A DNA stretch of 64,000 nucleotides from an uncultured Desulfarculus sp. (GCA_963665125.2 CAXXUK010000001.1:1-64000), one strand, 5' to 3'; counted from the first letter of the stretch, positions 22,681 to 34,375 are shown. A program made the numbers and translations. The notes: generated by a model not told the origin, from the letters alone.

Positions 22681-22976
22681 TCTCGGTTTCTTGGTGTCTT
22701 CTGGGCGACTGTCGGGGTTTCCGGCAGTCGTGTGGCGGTGCTGGCCATTATCACGCCTCTCTGAGCCGAAGCCGGCGTTTCCTTTCCGCCTTTGCAGAGG
22801 TCTGCATAGCCAATGAGCGCCCCGCACGGTCTCCAAGTGGCGAATTCGGCCTTCTGGGAGTTGCGGGGAAGGCCGGTCGTTGGTTGTGTTGGAATCAATA
22901 GCGCTCGCGGTTGCAGTCCTTTTGTATGCGAGCTGAACCCACGTGACTCTTCGGTGATGGCCTTGCGGGTGCCCCG

Positions 22977-23657
22977 ATGAGCGATGAGCTGCCACTGATT
23001 CTGTTGTCAGGCATGGGGGCCGACGAGCGGGTCTTCCGTTTTCAACGAGAGGAGTTCGCTAATCTTCAGCTGCCAGGTTGGATTGCTCCCGAGCCGGGCG
23101 ATGATCTTCCACGATATGCCCGGCGGATGGCCCGGCATGTCGACCCCGGAGGTCCCTGTATCATCGGTGGGGTTTCGTTGGGGGGAATGATAGCCCTGGA
23201 AATGGCTCGGCACCTCGAGTGCCGGGCCTGCGTGCTCATTGCGAGTGTCCGCTCTCCGCGTGAGTTGCCTTGGCGCGCGAGGGTCATGAAGCCTGTTGCC
23301 ATGTTGCTTCCGCCCGGGGCCGGCGGAGTACCGCCCTTGGCGGCGAAATTGGCGTTGGGGATCGCCGGGCGGTTTCTTGGTCCGGTGCCCAGGAGCCTCC
23401 TGCGTCAACTGGCCGATGCTGATGGGCATTTTCTTCGTTGGGCCTCCATGGCTCTTCTGCGATGGCGACCTCACCCCGACAGCCTTGTCGTTCCCATTCG
23501 GCAAATCCATGGTGACCGGGACCACGTTCTGCCTCACACACTCACGACTCCCGATCGGCTTGTAAAAGGCGGCGGCCATGTCTTGTCCATGACTCATGCG
23601 GAAGAGGTCAATGAATTTGTCCGCGGAGTCATGAACGATCAACAGCCTGGCTGCTGA
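22977..23657 (+). CDS. Alpha/beta hydrolase
   Basis: SGMGAD, GVSLGG nucleophile elbow, IHGDRD, GGH. Confidence 0.88.
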   Translation: MSDELPLILLSGMGADERVFRFQREEFANLQLPGWIAPEPGDDLPRYARRMARHVDPGGPCIIGGVSLGGMIALEMARHLECRACVLIASVRSPRELPWRARVMKPVAMLLPPGAGGVPPLAAKLALGIAGRFLGPVPRSLLRQLADADGHFLRWASMALLRWRPHPDSLVVPIRQIHGDRDHVLPHTLTTPDRLVKGGGHVLSMTHAEEVNEFVRGVMNDQQPGC

Positions 23658-23710
23658 CGCATGTCTGTGCAGAGCGCGTTGCGAGCCGTCGGGCTATGGC
23701 ATTGTCCCGA

Positions 23711-23989
23711 CTATCCCAGTACTTCGGTCATTTCTTTCAGCACGTCCCCCACGGTCTTCATCCTCTCCAGTGCGTCATCCGGTACGTCGATATCGAACTC
23801 TTCCTCGATTTCCATGCTGGCTTCGATCATTTCCAGGCTGTCGTAGCCCAGGTCCTCGATCAGTCGTTGCGCGTCATGGAGCTGCTCAGGAGGCATGCCT
23901 GCGCGTTCCGCGAGAATCGGAATCACTCGAGCCTCAATTTCATCCCGCGTGATTGGTTTGCATGTCGAATACGAATTCTTGTGGCTCAT
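23711..23989 (-). CDS. Acyl carrier protein
   Basis: LGYDSLE phosphopantetheine site, EEEFDIDVPD, TVGD. Confidence 0.88.
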   Translation of the reverse strand: MSHKNSYSTCKPITRDEIEARVIPILAERAGMPPEQLHDAQRLIEDLGYDSLEMIEASMEIEEEFDIDVPDDALERMKTVGDVLKEMTEVLG

Positions 23990-24006
23990 CTGTATTACTC
24001 CCGTTT

Positions 24007-24381
24007 CTAGTCAGTCAGGGTAGCCTGGGCAGCAGCCTGTTCCGCCCCATCCATGGCAAGGACAAGCTTACGGATTGTTGCGAAGTCGGGGGTGGTTCGG
24101 CCACGCTCGATCCGATTGAGTGTCTCCGGTCGGATGCCCGCGCGACGGGCCAACTCGGCTTGGCTAAGTCCCGTGGCTCGACGCCGACGGATCAGTTTCT
24201 CGGCAAGCGTCGCCCCATCGAATTCCTCCGACGGCGGCCCGTCGCCCTTGGGTTCGGGTTCTGCCGAGACCTTTGCCCGCTGGCAGAGCTCCTCGAAAAT
24301 CGATTCACGGAGAATTACGTAACGGACCCCGTCGAGCTCAACGCGCCGACAGTCAATTTTCTTTCCGGGTGTCTTGGGCAT
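24007..24381 (-). CDS. XRE-family HTH protein
   Basis: RRATGLSQAELARRAGIRPETLNRIERG. Confidence 0.88.
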   Translation of the reverse strand: MPKTPGKKIDCRRVELDGVRYVILRESIFEELCQRAKVSAEPEPKGDGPPSEEFDGATLAEKLIRRRRATGLSQAELARRAGIRPETLNRIERGRTTPDFATIRKLVLAMDGAEQAAAQATLTD

Positions 24382-24703
24382 CGATTCACCTCCATGCTCT
24401 CAGTCTATTGGGAATTGAGTCGAAAGTCAATGGTAATGATCTTTAACGCAATTTCTTGATTAGGGCCTGACGTAGGGCCATTCCCTCATCTGGCGGGGGC
24501 TTGTTCTGCTGTGAGGCACGAATACTCGGTTGGTTCCGATCGCGCCTATTCTGGACAGTCCGATCGTTTCGGTTGGGCGACCGGGGCGAGCCGGGTTAAC
24601 TGAGCGACCTTTGCGGGGTCGAAACTAGAGATGGCGGAACTGCAGTTTCATCGCTGCGGTCGAAGATGTGTTCCCGACTCCTGCACGGAAAGATAAGAGG
24701 CAG

Positions 24704-25132
24704 ATGAAAAGCCAAGACCCCCCGTTGATTCTGGTCGTTGACGACGAGAAAGAAGTGTTGGAGAGTGTGGCCAACGTGCTGACCGAAGCCGGTTTTGACT
24801 GCCAGTGTTGCAACACAGCCCAGGCAGCGATCGAGTTTGCCGCCATGCACACTCCGGACATGATCGTGTCGGACATCAACCTTGGCGGCCACAGCGGCCT
24901 GGAGATGTGCGAGCGGATCAAGGAAGACGCGGCCCTGAATAGCGTGCCGGTGATGTTCCTTTCCGGGGCGCAGATTCCGGACATCATTCGTCGCAGCCAT
25001 GCCGTGGGCGGCACTTACTATCTACGGAAGCCCTTCGATCCCGGTGTGCTGGTCGAGTTGGTCGACAAAGCGATGTGGATGCCTCAGCTTGCTGAGAATC
25101 GCGCGCGGCAGACGACTGCCGGTACCTGCTAA
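24704..25132 (+). CDS. Single-domain response regulator
   Basis: LVVDD, SDINL, FLS, YLRKPF. Confidence 0.88.
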   Translation: MKSQDPPLILVVDDEKEVLESVANVLTEAGFDCQCCNTAQAAIEFAAMHTPDMIVSDINLGGHSGLEMCERIKEDAALNSVPVMFLSGAQIPDIIRRSHAVGGTYYLRKPFDPGVLVELVDKAMWMPQLAENRARQTTAGTC

Positions 25133-25444
25133 AAGGATTACGGGAGAAGTCACCTAACGACGGTGGTGGTGTCCATCCTCGGCAGCCACGGGGGCGGCTC
25201 CACGATGTGCGGTCCAGGGGAGACTCGCAAGTTCATTGCATCAGGCCACCCTTCGCGGTTGCGGAAGGTGGCCTTTAGCGTTTCTTGGAAGAGGGCTTTT
25301 CAGTCATTATCGACGGCGATTGGGGGCGACTGTTTTGAGAGTCGCTTTCCGGGCTGCTACAATAGTCGGCACTGACGTCGAGTGTTGTGGTGGGCGGACT
25401 TGAGCCCGGTCGCGAGGTTTCGAGCCGCCCAGGGACTTCCCTGT

Positions 25445-27016
25445 ATGCGAAGGAGCAAACCAGTGAATCGAACCGTGAGCGGAGCCTTCGTTGCGTGTGT
25501 CATCAGTCTGTTGCTGGGATCTTCCTCCGCCCTTGATGCGGCTGAGAAGCCCGCACAACCCAATATCATCGTCTTCCTGGTCGACGATATGGGGGTGATG
25601 GATACGTCGGTGCCGTTTCTGACCGAAGAGAGCGGAGCTCCCAAGCGGTACCCGCTGAACGAGTACTATCGGACGCCGAATATGGAGCGTCTGGCAGAGC
25701 GGGGAATTCGTTTCAACAACTTCTATGCCATGAGTGTCTGCTCGCCCACGCGGATTTCGATCATGACCGGTCAGAATGCGGTGCGGCATCACGCGACGAA
25801 CTGGATCAATCCGGACCAGGACAACCGCGGCCCCTTTGGTCCTCCCCAGTGGAATTGGAAGGGGTTGAAGAAGGGCGACACGACATTGCCGGGGCTGTTG
25901 CGTGGGGCCGGTTATCGAACGATCCACGTGGGGAAGGCCCACTTCGGTCCGCGCGAGTTCGAAGGTGCCGAGCCGCTGAACCTCGGCTTTGACGTCAACG
26001 TGGCCGGTTGTTCGATCGGGGCCCCGGCAACCTACTACGGCATGAAGAACTACGGCCACGGCCAGAAACGCCGAGCCAAGAGCGCGGTGCCGCACCTGGA
26101 GAAGTATCACGGTACCGAAACGTTCCTGACGGAAGCCTTGACGCTCGAGGCGAAGACGCGGGTAACGGAGGCCGTGGAAGCGGAGAAACCTTTCTATCTC
26201 TACATGGCGCACTATGCCGTTCATGCCCCGTTCGACTCGGATCCGCGGTTTGCGGCCCATTACACGGATTCGGGCAAGCCGGTTCCGGCCCAGGCTTTCG
26301 CCACGTTGATTGAAGGGATGGACAAGTCGCTGGGTGACCTGCTGGATCATCTCGATGATCTGGGGATTGCGGATAACACGCTTATCTTCTTCCTGGGCGA
26401 CAATGGTTCGGACGCTCCGCTCGGGCACCAGCACGCAGTCGCCTGTGCCGCCCCGCTTCGAGGGAAGAAGGGGGCCCATTACGAGGGCGGCATGCGTGTG
26501 CCGTTCATCGCTGCGTGGGCGAAGGCAGACGGCGACAATCCGCATCAGAAGCGTCTACCCATTGCCGTTGGGGCGATTCAGAGCCAGCAGGCGGCGGTGA
26601 TGGACCTGTTTCCGACGCTGCTGGGGCTCACGGACACGGAAATACCGGCCGACTACGTGGTTGACGGCAAGCGTCTCGATACGCTTCTGACAGGCCAACG
26701 TGACGCATCTCGGAAAGAAGAATTTCTCATGCACTACCCCCACTCGCCACATCGCAGTGTGTACTTCACCTGCTACCGGAAAGGCGATTGGAAGGTCATC
26801 TATCACTACTTCCCGTCGGAGGCCTCTGAGAACTCCCATTACCAGCTCTACAACCTGGCTGAGGATCCCTTCGAATCGACCAACCTTGCCGCCTCGAATC
26901 CCGAGCAGCTTCGCGTGATGATGGCGGGACTGATCGCGAGCATGAAGAGTCACAATGCCCTCTATCCTGTCGACAAGGAAGAGGGCGGCAGGGCGATGCT
27001 GCCCCAACTGCCTTGA
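25445..27016 (+). CDS. Sulfatase (formylglycine-dependent)
   Basis: PNIIVFLVDDMG, CSPTR, GKAH, GDNG, YEGGMRVP. Confidence 0.93.
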   Translation: MRRSKPVNRTVSGAFVACVISLLLGSSSALDAAEKPAQPNIIVFLVDDMGVMDTSVPFLTEESGAPKRYPLNEYYRTPNMERLAERGIRFNNFYAMSVCSPTRISIMTGQNAVRHHATNWINPDQDNRGPFGPPQWNWKGLKKGDTTLPGLLRGAGYRTIHVGKAHFGPREFEGAEPLNLGFDVNVAGCSIGAPATYYGMKNYGHGQKRRAKSAVPHLEKYHGTETFLTEALTLEAKTRVTEAVEAEKPFYLYMAHYAVHAPFDSDPRFAAHYTDSGKPVPAQAFATLIEGMDKSLGDLLDHLDDLGIADNTLIFFLGDNGSDAPLGHQHAVACAAPLRGKKGAHYEGGMRVPFIAAWAKADGDNPHQKRLPIAVGAIQSQQAAVMDLFPTLLGLTDTEIPADYVVDGKRLDTLLTGQRDASRKEEFLMHYPHSPHRSVYFTCYRKGDWKVIYHYFPSEASENSHYQLYNLAEDPFESTNLAASNPEQLRVMMAGLIASMKSHNALYPVDKEEGGRAMLPQLP

Positions 27017-27050
27017 GTCCTGATTGCGGTGTCTTCCGAGGAGCTGCGAG

Positions 27051-29768
27051 ATGAAGCGATCCATGATGGCCGTGCTGTTTGCTTTGGCAGCAGGCTCGAT
27101 TGTCTCGGCGGGTGAATTGCATGTGGCCCCCAACGGCAACGATCAATGGTCGGGGCGACAGGCGGAGCCGAATGCGGCGGGGACGGATGGTCCTTTGGCG
27201 TCACTTTCGCGGGCCCGTGACGTGGTGCGCGAGCAACGAGGCAGCGGTGAGCCTGCCGCAGTGCTTGTTCGCGGCGGCACGTACTTCCTGGATGCTCCCT
27301 TTGTTTTGGAGCCAGAAGACTCCGGGACGAGTGAGTCGCCAGCTCTGTTTGCGGCCTATCCGGGCGAGAAGCCGGTGTTCAGCGGTGGACGCCGGATCAG
27401 CGGATGGCACCGCGGACCGGGCGAACTGTGGCAGGTGGAACTGCCCGAGGTCAAGGCGGGTCAATGGTATTTTCGGCAACTTTTCGTGAATGGCCAGCGG
27501 CGGGGGCGAGCCCGTTCGCCCAACGAAGGTTACCATCGAATCGCCGAGTTGATTCCCGGTCCGCCGGACCCGCGAGCCAAGCCGATCGCCCGGGACCGAT
27601 TCGTATTTGCTCCAGGTGATATTCGCCGCTGGCAGCGGTTGAGCGACGTGAACGTGATTCTGATGCACTCGTGGGAGACGTCGATTCATCCGATCAAGTC
27701 GGTGGACCCGGAAGCGAACATCGTCGAGTTCGCCGGACCGATGCGGGAGTGGTGGAGCATCGGCTACTGGGAGCCGGAACAGCGTTACTACATTGAGAAC
27801 GCCTTCGAACTCCTGGATCAGCCCGGCGAATGGTACCTGGACCGGGAGACGGGTGTGCTGAGCTATTGGCCGATGCCGGGCGAATCGATGAACGAGATCG
27901 AGGTGATCGCGCCGGTGCTGTCCGAGTTGGTACAACTGGCCGGCGACGCCGATTCGGGACGATTCGTGCAGCACGTGACGCTTCGCGGGTTGAGTTTTCA
28001 GCACGCCGATTGGATTCTCGGCCCAACGGGAAACAGCAGCACCCAGGCGGCGGTGAATGTGCCGGGGGCCGTAACGGCCGACGGGGCGATTCACTGCGTG
28101 CTCGAGGATTGCGAGGTGGCCCATGCGGGCACCTATGGGATCTGGTTCCGACGCGGCTGCAAGGATTGCAGGATTCAACGGAATCTCGTGCATGACCTGG
28201 GGGCCGGGGGTGTGCGTGTGGGCGAGGCGAGCATGGCAACAACGGACGCAGCCGAGTCGAGCCGAATCCTTGTCGACAATAACCATATCTTTGACGGCGG
28301 CCACGTGTACGCGGCGGGCGTTGGGATCTGGGTGGCCCAGAGCAGCCACAATCAAATCTCTCACAACGACATTCACGACTTCCTGTATTCCGGAATCAGC
28401 GTTGGCTGGAACTGGGGCGTGGAGGAGAATCGAACCCACCACAACGTGATCGAGTGGAACCACGTGCACGACCTGGTGCACGGCGTGTTGAGCGATGCGG
28501 GGTTGATCTATTGCCTGGGGGTGTCGCCGGGCAGTGTGATTCGGAACAACGTGTTTCACGACATGTGGCCTTACTCGAAGCCGGCGCTGGGTTGGGGCAT
28601 CTATCTTGATGCACGCTGCGGCAACTACACGGTCGAGAACAATCTTGTTTACAACACCTTGAGCGGTGGGCTGATGTTCAACAACGGCGGGCATGCCCAC
28701 ACGATTCGGAACAACATCTTCGCGTTGTCGGCGGACTATGCGCTCTGGCCCTATTCGGAGCAGCGACCAAGCACGTTTCGTCGAAATATCGTTTACCTGA
28801 CCCAGGGCAAGCTGCTGATTCCGCATGGCGAGCGTTCGCTGAACGAGCGGATCGCGGCGAAAGAGCCCGTTGGCGATTGGGATGAGAACCTGTACTGGCA
28901 CACGGGAGGTGCCGACAAGCTTCGGTTCTATCGTTACACGTTCGATGCCTGGCAGGAGCTTGGCCTGGATCGCCACTCCCGGATTGCCGACCCGCAGTTT
29001 GCCGACGTGGCGAAGCACGATTTTCGGCTCAAGGAGGGTTCGCCCGCAGTCGAGCTGGGTTTCGAGCCTTTCGATGTTTCCAAGGTTGGCCTGTACGGTG
29101 ATCCCGATTGGGCGGGCCAGATTCGGCATGCCGATTGCCCTTGCCGTCCGCTGCCGCCGCCACCGCCTCCGCCGAAACCGCTGACGGTGAACGATGATTT
29201 TGAGAAGACGACTGTTGGGCGACACCCGGCCCATGCTCATGTGAGCGGCGAGGAGCAGGGGGCGTCGATTCGAGTCAGTGATGAACGGGCGTTCGGCGGA
29301 CAGCATAGTCTGAAGATCACGGATTCCAAAACGTTGACGCCGACATGGCAGCCTCATTTCTACTATGAGCCGCACATCCTCAGTGGCACGGTCCGACAAT
29401 CTTTCGACGTCTGGATCGGACGGGGCGCCCAGTTCTTCACGGAATGGCGAGATTCGGGCGGGTATCCAGAGAACGTCGGACCGAGTGTGCAGTTTGACGG
29501 AAGCGGAACGGTTCGCGTTGCCGGAAAGACGTTGGCTGAATTTGCGCCGGAGACATGGCTGCATGTCGAGATCCGAGCCGCCATGGGCGAGGCACGGCCG
29601 AAGACGTTCACGATCGAGCTGACGCCCGCCAGTGGTGAAACGCGGGTCTTCAATGACTTGCCCGTGTCCGGCTCGGAGTTTCGTGAGCTGCACTGGCTAG
29701 GCTTCAGCAGCACGATCGCGGCGGATGCGGCGTACTATGTGGACAACTTGAAGTTTGCGGCGGAGTGA
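27051..29768 (+). CDS. Secreted right-handed parallel beta-helix protein
   Basis: Signal peptide, HVAPNGNDQWSG, DGPLASL, LDQPGEWY, beta-helix repeats. Confidence 0.85.
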   Translation: MKRSMMAVLFALAAGSIVSAGELHVAPNGNDQWSGRQAEPNAAGTDGPLASLSRARDVVREQRGSGEPAAVLVRGGTYFLDAPFVLEPEDSGTSESPALFAAYPGEKPVFSGGRRISGWHRGPGELWQVELPEVKAGQWYFRQLFVNGQRRGRARSPNEGYHRIAELIPGPPDPRAKPIARDRFVFAPGDIRRWQRLSDVNVILMHSWETSIHPIKSVDPEANIVEFAGPMREWWSIGYWEPEQRYYIENAFELLDQPGEWYLDRETGVLSYWPMPGESMNEIEVIAPVLSELVQLAGDADSGRFVQHVTLRGLSFQHADWILGPTGNSSTQAAVNVPGAVTADGAIHCVLEDCEVAHAGTYGIWFRRGCKDCRIQRNLVHDLGAGGVRVGEASMATTDAAESSRILVDNNHIFDGGHVYAAGVGIWVAQSSHNQISHNDIHDFLYSGISVGWNWGVEENRTHHNVIEWNHVHDLVHGVLSDAGLIYCLGVSPGSVIRNNVFHDMWPYSKPALGWGIYLDARCGNYTVENNLVYNTLSGGLMFNNGGHAHTIRNNIFALSADYALWPYSEQRPSTFRRNIVYLTQGKLLIPHGERSLNERIAAKEPVGDWDENLYWHTGGADKLRFYRYTFDAWQELGLDRHSRIADPQFADVAKHDFRLKEGSPAVELGFEPFDVSKVGLYGDPDWAGQIRHADCPCRPLPPPPPPPKPLTVNDDFEKTTVGRHPAHAHVSGEEQGASIRVSDERAFGGQHSLKITDSKTLTPTWQPHFYYEPHILSGTVRQSFDVWIGRGAQFFTEWRDSGGYPENVGPSVQFDGSGTVRVAGKTLAEFAPETWLHVEIRAAMGEARPKTFTIELTPASGETRVFNDLPVSGSEFRELHWLGFSSTIAADAAYYVDNLKFAAE

Positions 29769-29824
29769 TTCCCGGTGCCGCGGGGCGCCAGGACGGGGAG
29801 CGAGAGGAGGATGGGCGTGACGGT

Positions 29825-30076
29825 CTAGTTAATCGCGACTTGCTTGTCCGAGATGCCTCCGAGATGAAAGGCGGCATCGTGGCCAACGCGGATTACGAAT
29901 GACTGTCGTTCCGGATACGCTGTCTTCGCTGCCAACGCAGCATCAATGAAACGATCCCCCAAATAGTAGGATTGGGAAATTGGCTCGATCGCAACGAATT
30001 GATCGCGGTGGTTAGCTTCCAATTCTACTCTTAGCCGCGATTCATAGATGCTCTTCGCCTGTTCTGCGATTGACAT
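29825..30076 (-). CDS. Small hypothetical protein (DUF5678-like)
   Basis: 83 aa, FVAIEP...IRVG pattern; AGGA RBS. Confidence 0.55.
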   Translation of the reverse strand: MSIAEQAKSIYESRLRVELEANHRDQFVAIEPISQSYYLGDRFIDAALAAKTAYPERQSFVIRVGHDAAFHLGGISDKQVAIN

Positions 30077-30490
30077 GGCAGTTTCCTTCGCATCTGTGAA
30101 CAAGACAGATCATTCTCCCACTCCGGGGAGTCGTGTTTTGCTGTAATGCATTATACCGGTTTTTGGGAGGGTTGCGAATATCGCTTCGCGAGACACCAGA
30201 CTCTCAAGACCAAATAGTGACGGAATATCCTGGTTCAAATGAGAACGTGAGTCTCAAACTCTTCTCTCTAATCGACTGGTGAGTTATCCTATTTGCCATG
30301 CGCCGTCTGCATATCCTGTTTGAGAGACAAGAGTTTGTCCGGGAGACTCCTGGAGCCGAAACCTGCTGGAACGGTTGGATTCCCAAGATCGGTCCGATCC
30401 CCGGTGGTTCGGACTTTCTGGGGAATGTAACGACGTGCTACTCCGACTATTTCCACTAAGACAACCCGGAAGATGCTTAGCAGGAATTCT

Positions 30491-31020
30491 ATGACACCTC
30501 TGGGCTCACTGACGCTTCATCCGATCGACGCGACCCTTGTCGTTCTCTACTTCGTGGTCATTGCCGCTCTTGGGCTGTGGTTGAGCCGCGGAGTGAAGAC
30601 AGGGAAGGACCTGTTTCTGGGAGGGCGGTCGCTGCCTTGGTGGGCGGTGGGAGCTTCGTTGGTGGTTTCGGACATCGGTGCCAAGGACATGGTTGGCCTG
30701 GCCGACGACGGGTATCGGTACGGTATGGTGATGATGAACTTCGATTTCATCGGTTGCATCTTTCCGGTGCTGGTGGCCGCGTTTCTGTTCATGCCGTATC
30801 TCTGGCTTGCGGGGGTTTACACGATCCCCGAGTATCTGGGGCGGCGGTACAACCGGACGGTGCGGACGCTGTTTGCGTTGATCTGGGGTACGTCGATGGT
30901 GGCCATGCTGGCGACGATATTTGTGAGTGCCGGCACGATGTTCGAGCATCTGCTGGGATGGGATTTCTATCTTTCGGTCGGCATTCTCACCGTGCTGGTG
31001 GGCGTCTATACAACGCTCGG
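30491..31020 (+). pseudogene. Sodium:solute symporter, 5' fragment truncated at junction
   Basis: FLGGRSLPWW, TIPEYLGRRY, YTTLG, then abrupt loss of similarity at 31020. Confidence 0.88.
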
Positions 31021-31935
31021 GCGGAACTCGCGGACGCCGATGAGAAAAAGGCTGAAGCACAAAAGGAGAGCGACGAGTTCAAGCACAAAAACGAGGCGTT
31101 CGACCAGCAATGCGCCGTGCTCTTGAGCAAAGTAACTGACGAGGCACAGGCCGAACGTCAGCGGCTGCTCGAAGAAGCGCGTAATGCCGCCGACGCCTTG
31201 AGTGCCAAACGGATGGAAACGTTGAGAAACGACGCGCAGAGTTTGAATCAGGCCATCAGCCGGCGCACCCAGCAGGAAGTTTTTGCCATCGCACGAAAGG
31301 CGCTGAAGGATCTTGCCACGATTAGTTTGGAGGAATGCCTGGGCGAGGTGTTCACCCGCCGCTTGCGAGAGATGGACGGCCAGGCGAAAGCAGGCTTGGC
31401 CGAGGCCCTGAAGACCGCTTCTGACCCCGCGCTTGTACGCAGCGCGTTTGACCTGTCTGCGGAGCAGCACGCGGCGATACAAAATGCGCTCAACGAAACC
31501 TGCTCGGCTGAAATCCACATCCGGTTCGAGACCGCGCCAGACTTGATCAGCGGCATTGAACTCACCACGAATGGACAAAAGGTGGCGTGGAGCATCGCGG
31601 ATTATCTGGCGTCGCTGGAAAAGGGAGTCGATGAGCTTCTGAAAGAGAAGGATAAAGCCGAGGTCAAAGACATGCAACCGTTGGATTTGACGCCGCAGAT
31701 CACCAAGCGCGCCTATGAGCTGTACGAGCAGCAAGGACGTAAGGGCGATTCGGCAATTCAGGACTGGAATCAGGCTGAGCGTGAGATTCGGAAAGGTGAA
31801 GCCGAGGCGACGCCTAAGCCTGAGGTTAAAGCCACTGCTGAACCTTTGGCCAACGCCGGGCCTAAACCTGAAGCCATGGCTGAACCTAATCCCGAGGCCC
31901 AAGCCGAGTCTAAACCAGAAACCAAGAGCCAATAG
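31021..31935 (+). pseudogene. atpF: N-ATPase subunit b/delta fusion, 5'-truncated, with C-terminal DUF2934-like domain
   Basis: AELADADEKKAEA coiled coil, VRSAFDL, GIELTTNGQKVAWSIADYL; N-terminal TM missing. Confidence 0.8.
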
Positions 31936-31937
31936 AT

Positions 31938-33485
31938 ATGGAACCCGAGAACCTCAAGAATATTTTTGACAGCGCTTTTGCTGGAATACGTCAAGTGCGG
32001 GAAGCATTCACGCCACAACTGACGCCACGGGAGGTGGGCGCGATCACCAGTGTCGCCACCGGCATCGCCAAGGTGTCGGGTCTTCCCGGCGTGGGCTTTG
32101 ATGAGTTGGTGACCTTTCCCGGCGATGTGCTCGGTATTGCGTTCAACGTGGACGCGGACGAAATTGGCGTCGTTCTGCTCGGCGAATACTGGCATCTGAG
32201 CGCAGGAGATGAAGTCCTACGAACAGGCCGGGTCATGGACGTGGCCGTGGGCGATGGATTGTTGGGTCGGGTGATCGATCCCCTCGGCCGGCCACTCGAT
32301 GGCGCCGGACCGGTGGCCTCGGACAAGCGCCTGCCCATCGAACGACCCGCCGCGCCTATCATGGACCGTGCGCCCGTCACGGTGCCTCTCCAGACCGGCA
32401 TCAAAGTCATCGATGCGCTCATTCCCGTTGGGCGTGGCCAGCGCGAGTTGATACTCGGCGACCGCCAGACGGGCAAGACCGCCATAGCTATCGACACTAT
32501 CCTCAACCAGCGCGACCACCATGTGCTGTGCGTTTATTGCGCCGTCGGTCAGCGCGCGTCCGCCGTCGCAAAGGCCGTGGCAACCTTGCGGGAAAAGGGA
32601 GCGATGGATTACACCGTCCTCGTCGTGACCGAGGGTAATGACCCGCCGGGTCTCGCTTACATCGCTCCTTACGCTGCGACCAGCATCGCGGAGTCTTTCA
32701 TGGAAACGGGCCGAGACGTGCTGATCGTTTACGACGACCTCACCCATCACGCTCGTGCCTACCGCGAACTCTCTCTCTTGCTGCGCCGTCCGCCTGGTCG
32801 AGAAGCGTTTCCCGGCGACATTTTTTATATCCACTCGCGGCTGCTAGAACGTGCGACGCACTTGCGCGAGGAACGCGGGGGCGGTTCGCTTACCGCCCTG
32901 CCCATCATCGAGACCGAAGCGCAGAACATCTCCGCCTATATCCCGACCAACCTGATATCTATCACGGATGGGCAAATCTACCTCTCGCCGTCGCTGTTCG
33001 AATTGGGGGTACTGCCTGCGGTCGATGTCGGCAAATCCGTTTCGCGTGTAGGCGGCAAGGCGCAACGGGCGGCCTACCGCGCGGTGGCCGGCGACCTCAA
33101 ACTCGCATATGCACAGTTTGAGGAGCTCGAAACCTTTTCCCGGTTCGGCGCCCGCCTGGATGAAGACACCCGCAAAATCATCACGCACGGACGGCGAATT
33201 CGCGCCTGCCTCAAACAGCCAGAATTCTCCCCGGTGTCCGTGCCTGCGCAAATCACCGTGCTGCTGGCGTTGACCGCCGGACTCCTAGACCATGTGCCGC
33301 TTGACCGGATGACGGACGCCGAGCACACTCTGCGCGAGGCGGCGGCGGATATCCCGGCGGAGGTCCGCAGGCGGCTGGATACCGCCGATAAATTGACCGA
33401 CGAGGATCGTCAAACGATTATCCAAATTGCCGGCAAATCGATTGCTCGCTTCCAGCCCGATCCTGAGCCCGAGGAGAAGTCATGA
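31938..33485 (+). CDS. atpA: F1 ATP synthase alpha subunit (N-ATPase type)
   Basis: [27 protein letters not shown]; atpF-atpA-atpG order. Confidence 0.95.
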   Translation: MEPENLKNIFDSAFAGIRQVREAFTPQLTPREVGAITSVATGIAKVSGLPGVGFDELVTFPGDVLGIAFNVDADEIGVVLLGEYWHLSAGDEVLRTGRVMDVAVGDGLLGRVIDPLGRPLDGAGPVASDKRLPIERPAAPIMDRAPVTVPLQTGIKVIDALIPVGRGQRELILGDRQTGKTAIAIDTILNQRDHHVLCVYCAVGQRASAVAKAVATLREKGAMDYTVLVVTEGNDPPGLAYIAPYAATSIAESFMETGRDVLIVYDDLTHHARAYRELSLLLRRPPGREAFPGDIFYIHSRLLERATHLREERGGGSLTALPIIETEAQNISAYIPTNLISITDGQIYLSPSLFELGVLPAVDVGKSVSRVGGKAQRAAYRAVAGDLKLAYAQFEELETFSRFGARLDEDTRKIITHGRRIRACLKQPEFSPVSVPAQITVLLALTAGLLDHVPLDRMTDAEHTLREAAADIPAEVRRRLDTADKLTDEDRQTIIQIAGKSIARFQPDPEPEEKS

Positions 33486-34375
33486 GCGAGACCACGGCGA
33501 GTCTGCGCCGAAAGATTGGCGGTGCCGGGGATCTCCAATCGGTCGTCCGCACGATGAAGGCCGTGGCCGCCGCGAGCATCGGGCAATACGAAAAATCGGT
33601 GCGCGCGTTGGCCGACTACTATCGCACGGTGCAGCTGGGTTTGGGAGCATGCTTGCGAAAAAGCGGGTCGGCGCCCTTGATTGCAGAACGGAAAAGACAA
33701 ACAGTTGCGGCTGCGATTGGCGCGGTCGTGTTCGGTTCAGACCAGGGACTGGTAGGTCAATTTAATGATGTGGTGGCCGATTATGCGGTCAAGGCGCTGG
33801 CAGCTCTGCCGGCCAAACCCGAGGTCTGGGCCGTCGGTGAACGCGTTCATGCGCGCCTGTCAGACGCGGGCCTGCCGATTTTGGGGCTCTTTACCGTGCC
33901 GAACTCCGTCAAGGCCATTACCCCGCTCGTCGGGCAGGTTCTCATGGAGAGCGAGATGCGCCGCAGTCATGGTGAAATCAGCGAACTCCACCTCTTCTAC
34001 AACCGCCCTAAGTCCGGAGCGGTTTATACGCCCGTCAGTCAGCGGCTGCTGCCGCTGGACGAAAACTGGCGAAGCAAACTGGCCGAACTCCCCTGGCCGA
34101 CTGGAAACTTGCCCGAGGTCATGGGTGGCGGCACCGCGTCCCTGCGAGCGCTCATCCGCGAATATCTTTTCGTCTCGCTATTCCGGGCGTGCGCCGAATC
34201 TCTTGCGAGCGAGAACGCGAGTCGCCTGGCGGCGATGCAACGCGCCGACAAAAATATTGATGAATTGCTAGAGGACCTCAACAGGACATTCCATCGTTTG
34301 CGCCAGAGTGGTATCGACGAAGAACTGTTCGATGTCATCTCTGGCTTCGAAGCATTGAGTGGAGAGAGAAAATGA
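33482..34375 (+). CDS. atpG: F1 ATP synthase gamma subunit (N-ATPase type)
   Basis: [38 protein letters not shown]. Confidence 0.93.
   Translation: MSETTASLRRKIGGAGDLQSVVRTMKAVAAASIGQYEKSVRALADYYRTVQLGLGACLRKSGSAPLIAERKRQTVAAAIGAVVFGSDQGLVGQFNDVVADYAVKALAALPAKPEVWAVGERVHARLSDAGLPILGLFTVPNSVKAITPLVGQVLMESEMRRSHGEISELHLFYNRPKSGAVYTPVSQRLLPLDENWRSKLAELPWPTGNLPEVMGGGTASLRALIREYLFVSLFRACAESLASENASRLAAMQRADKNIDELLEDLNRTFHRLRQSGIDEELFDVISGFEALSGERK

Noticed and set aside
30577..31935. 452-aa ORF suggesting a novel AtpF fusion
   Set aside because: Its N-terminal part is an off-frame reading of the symporter across the 31020 junction.
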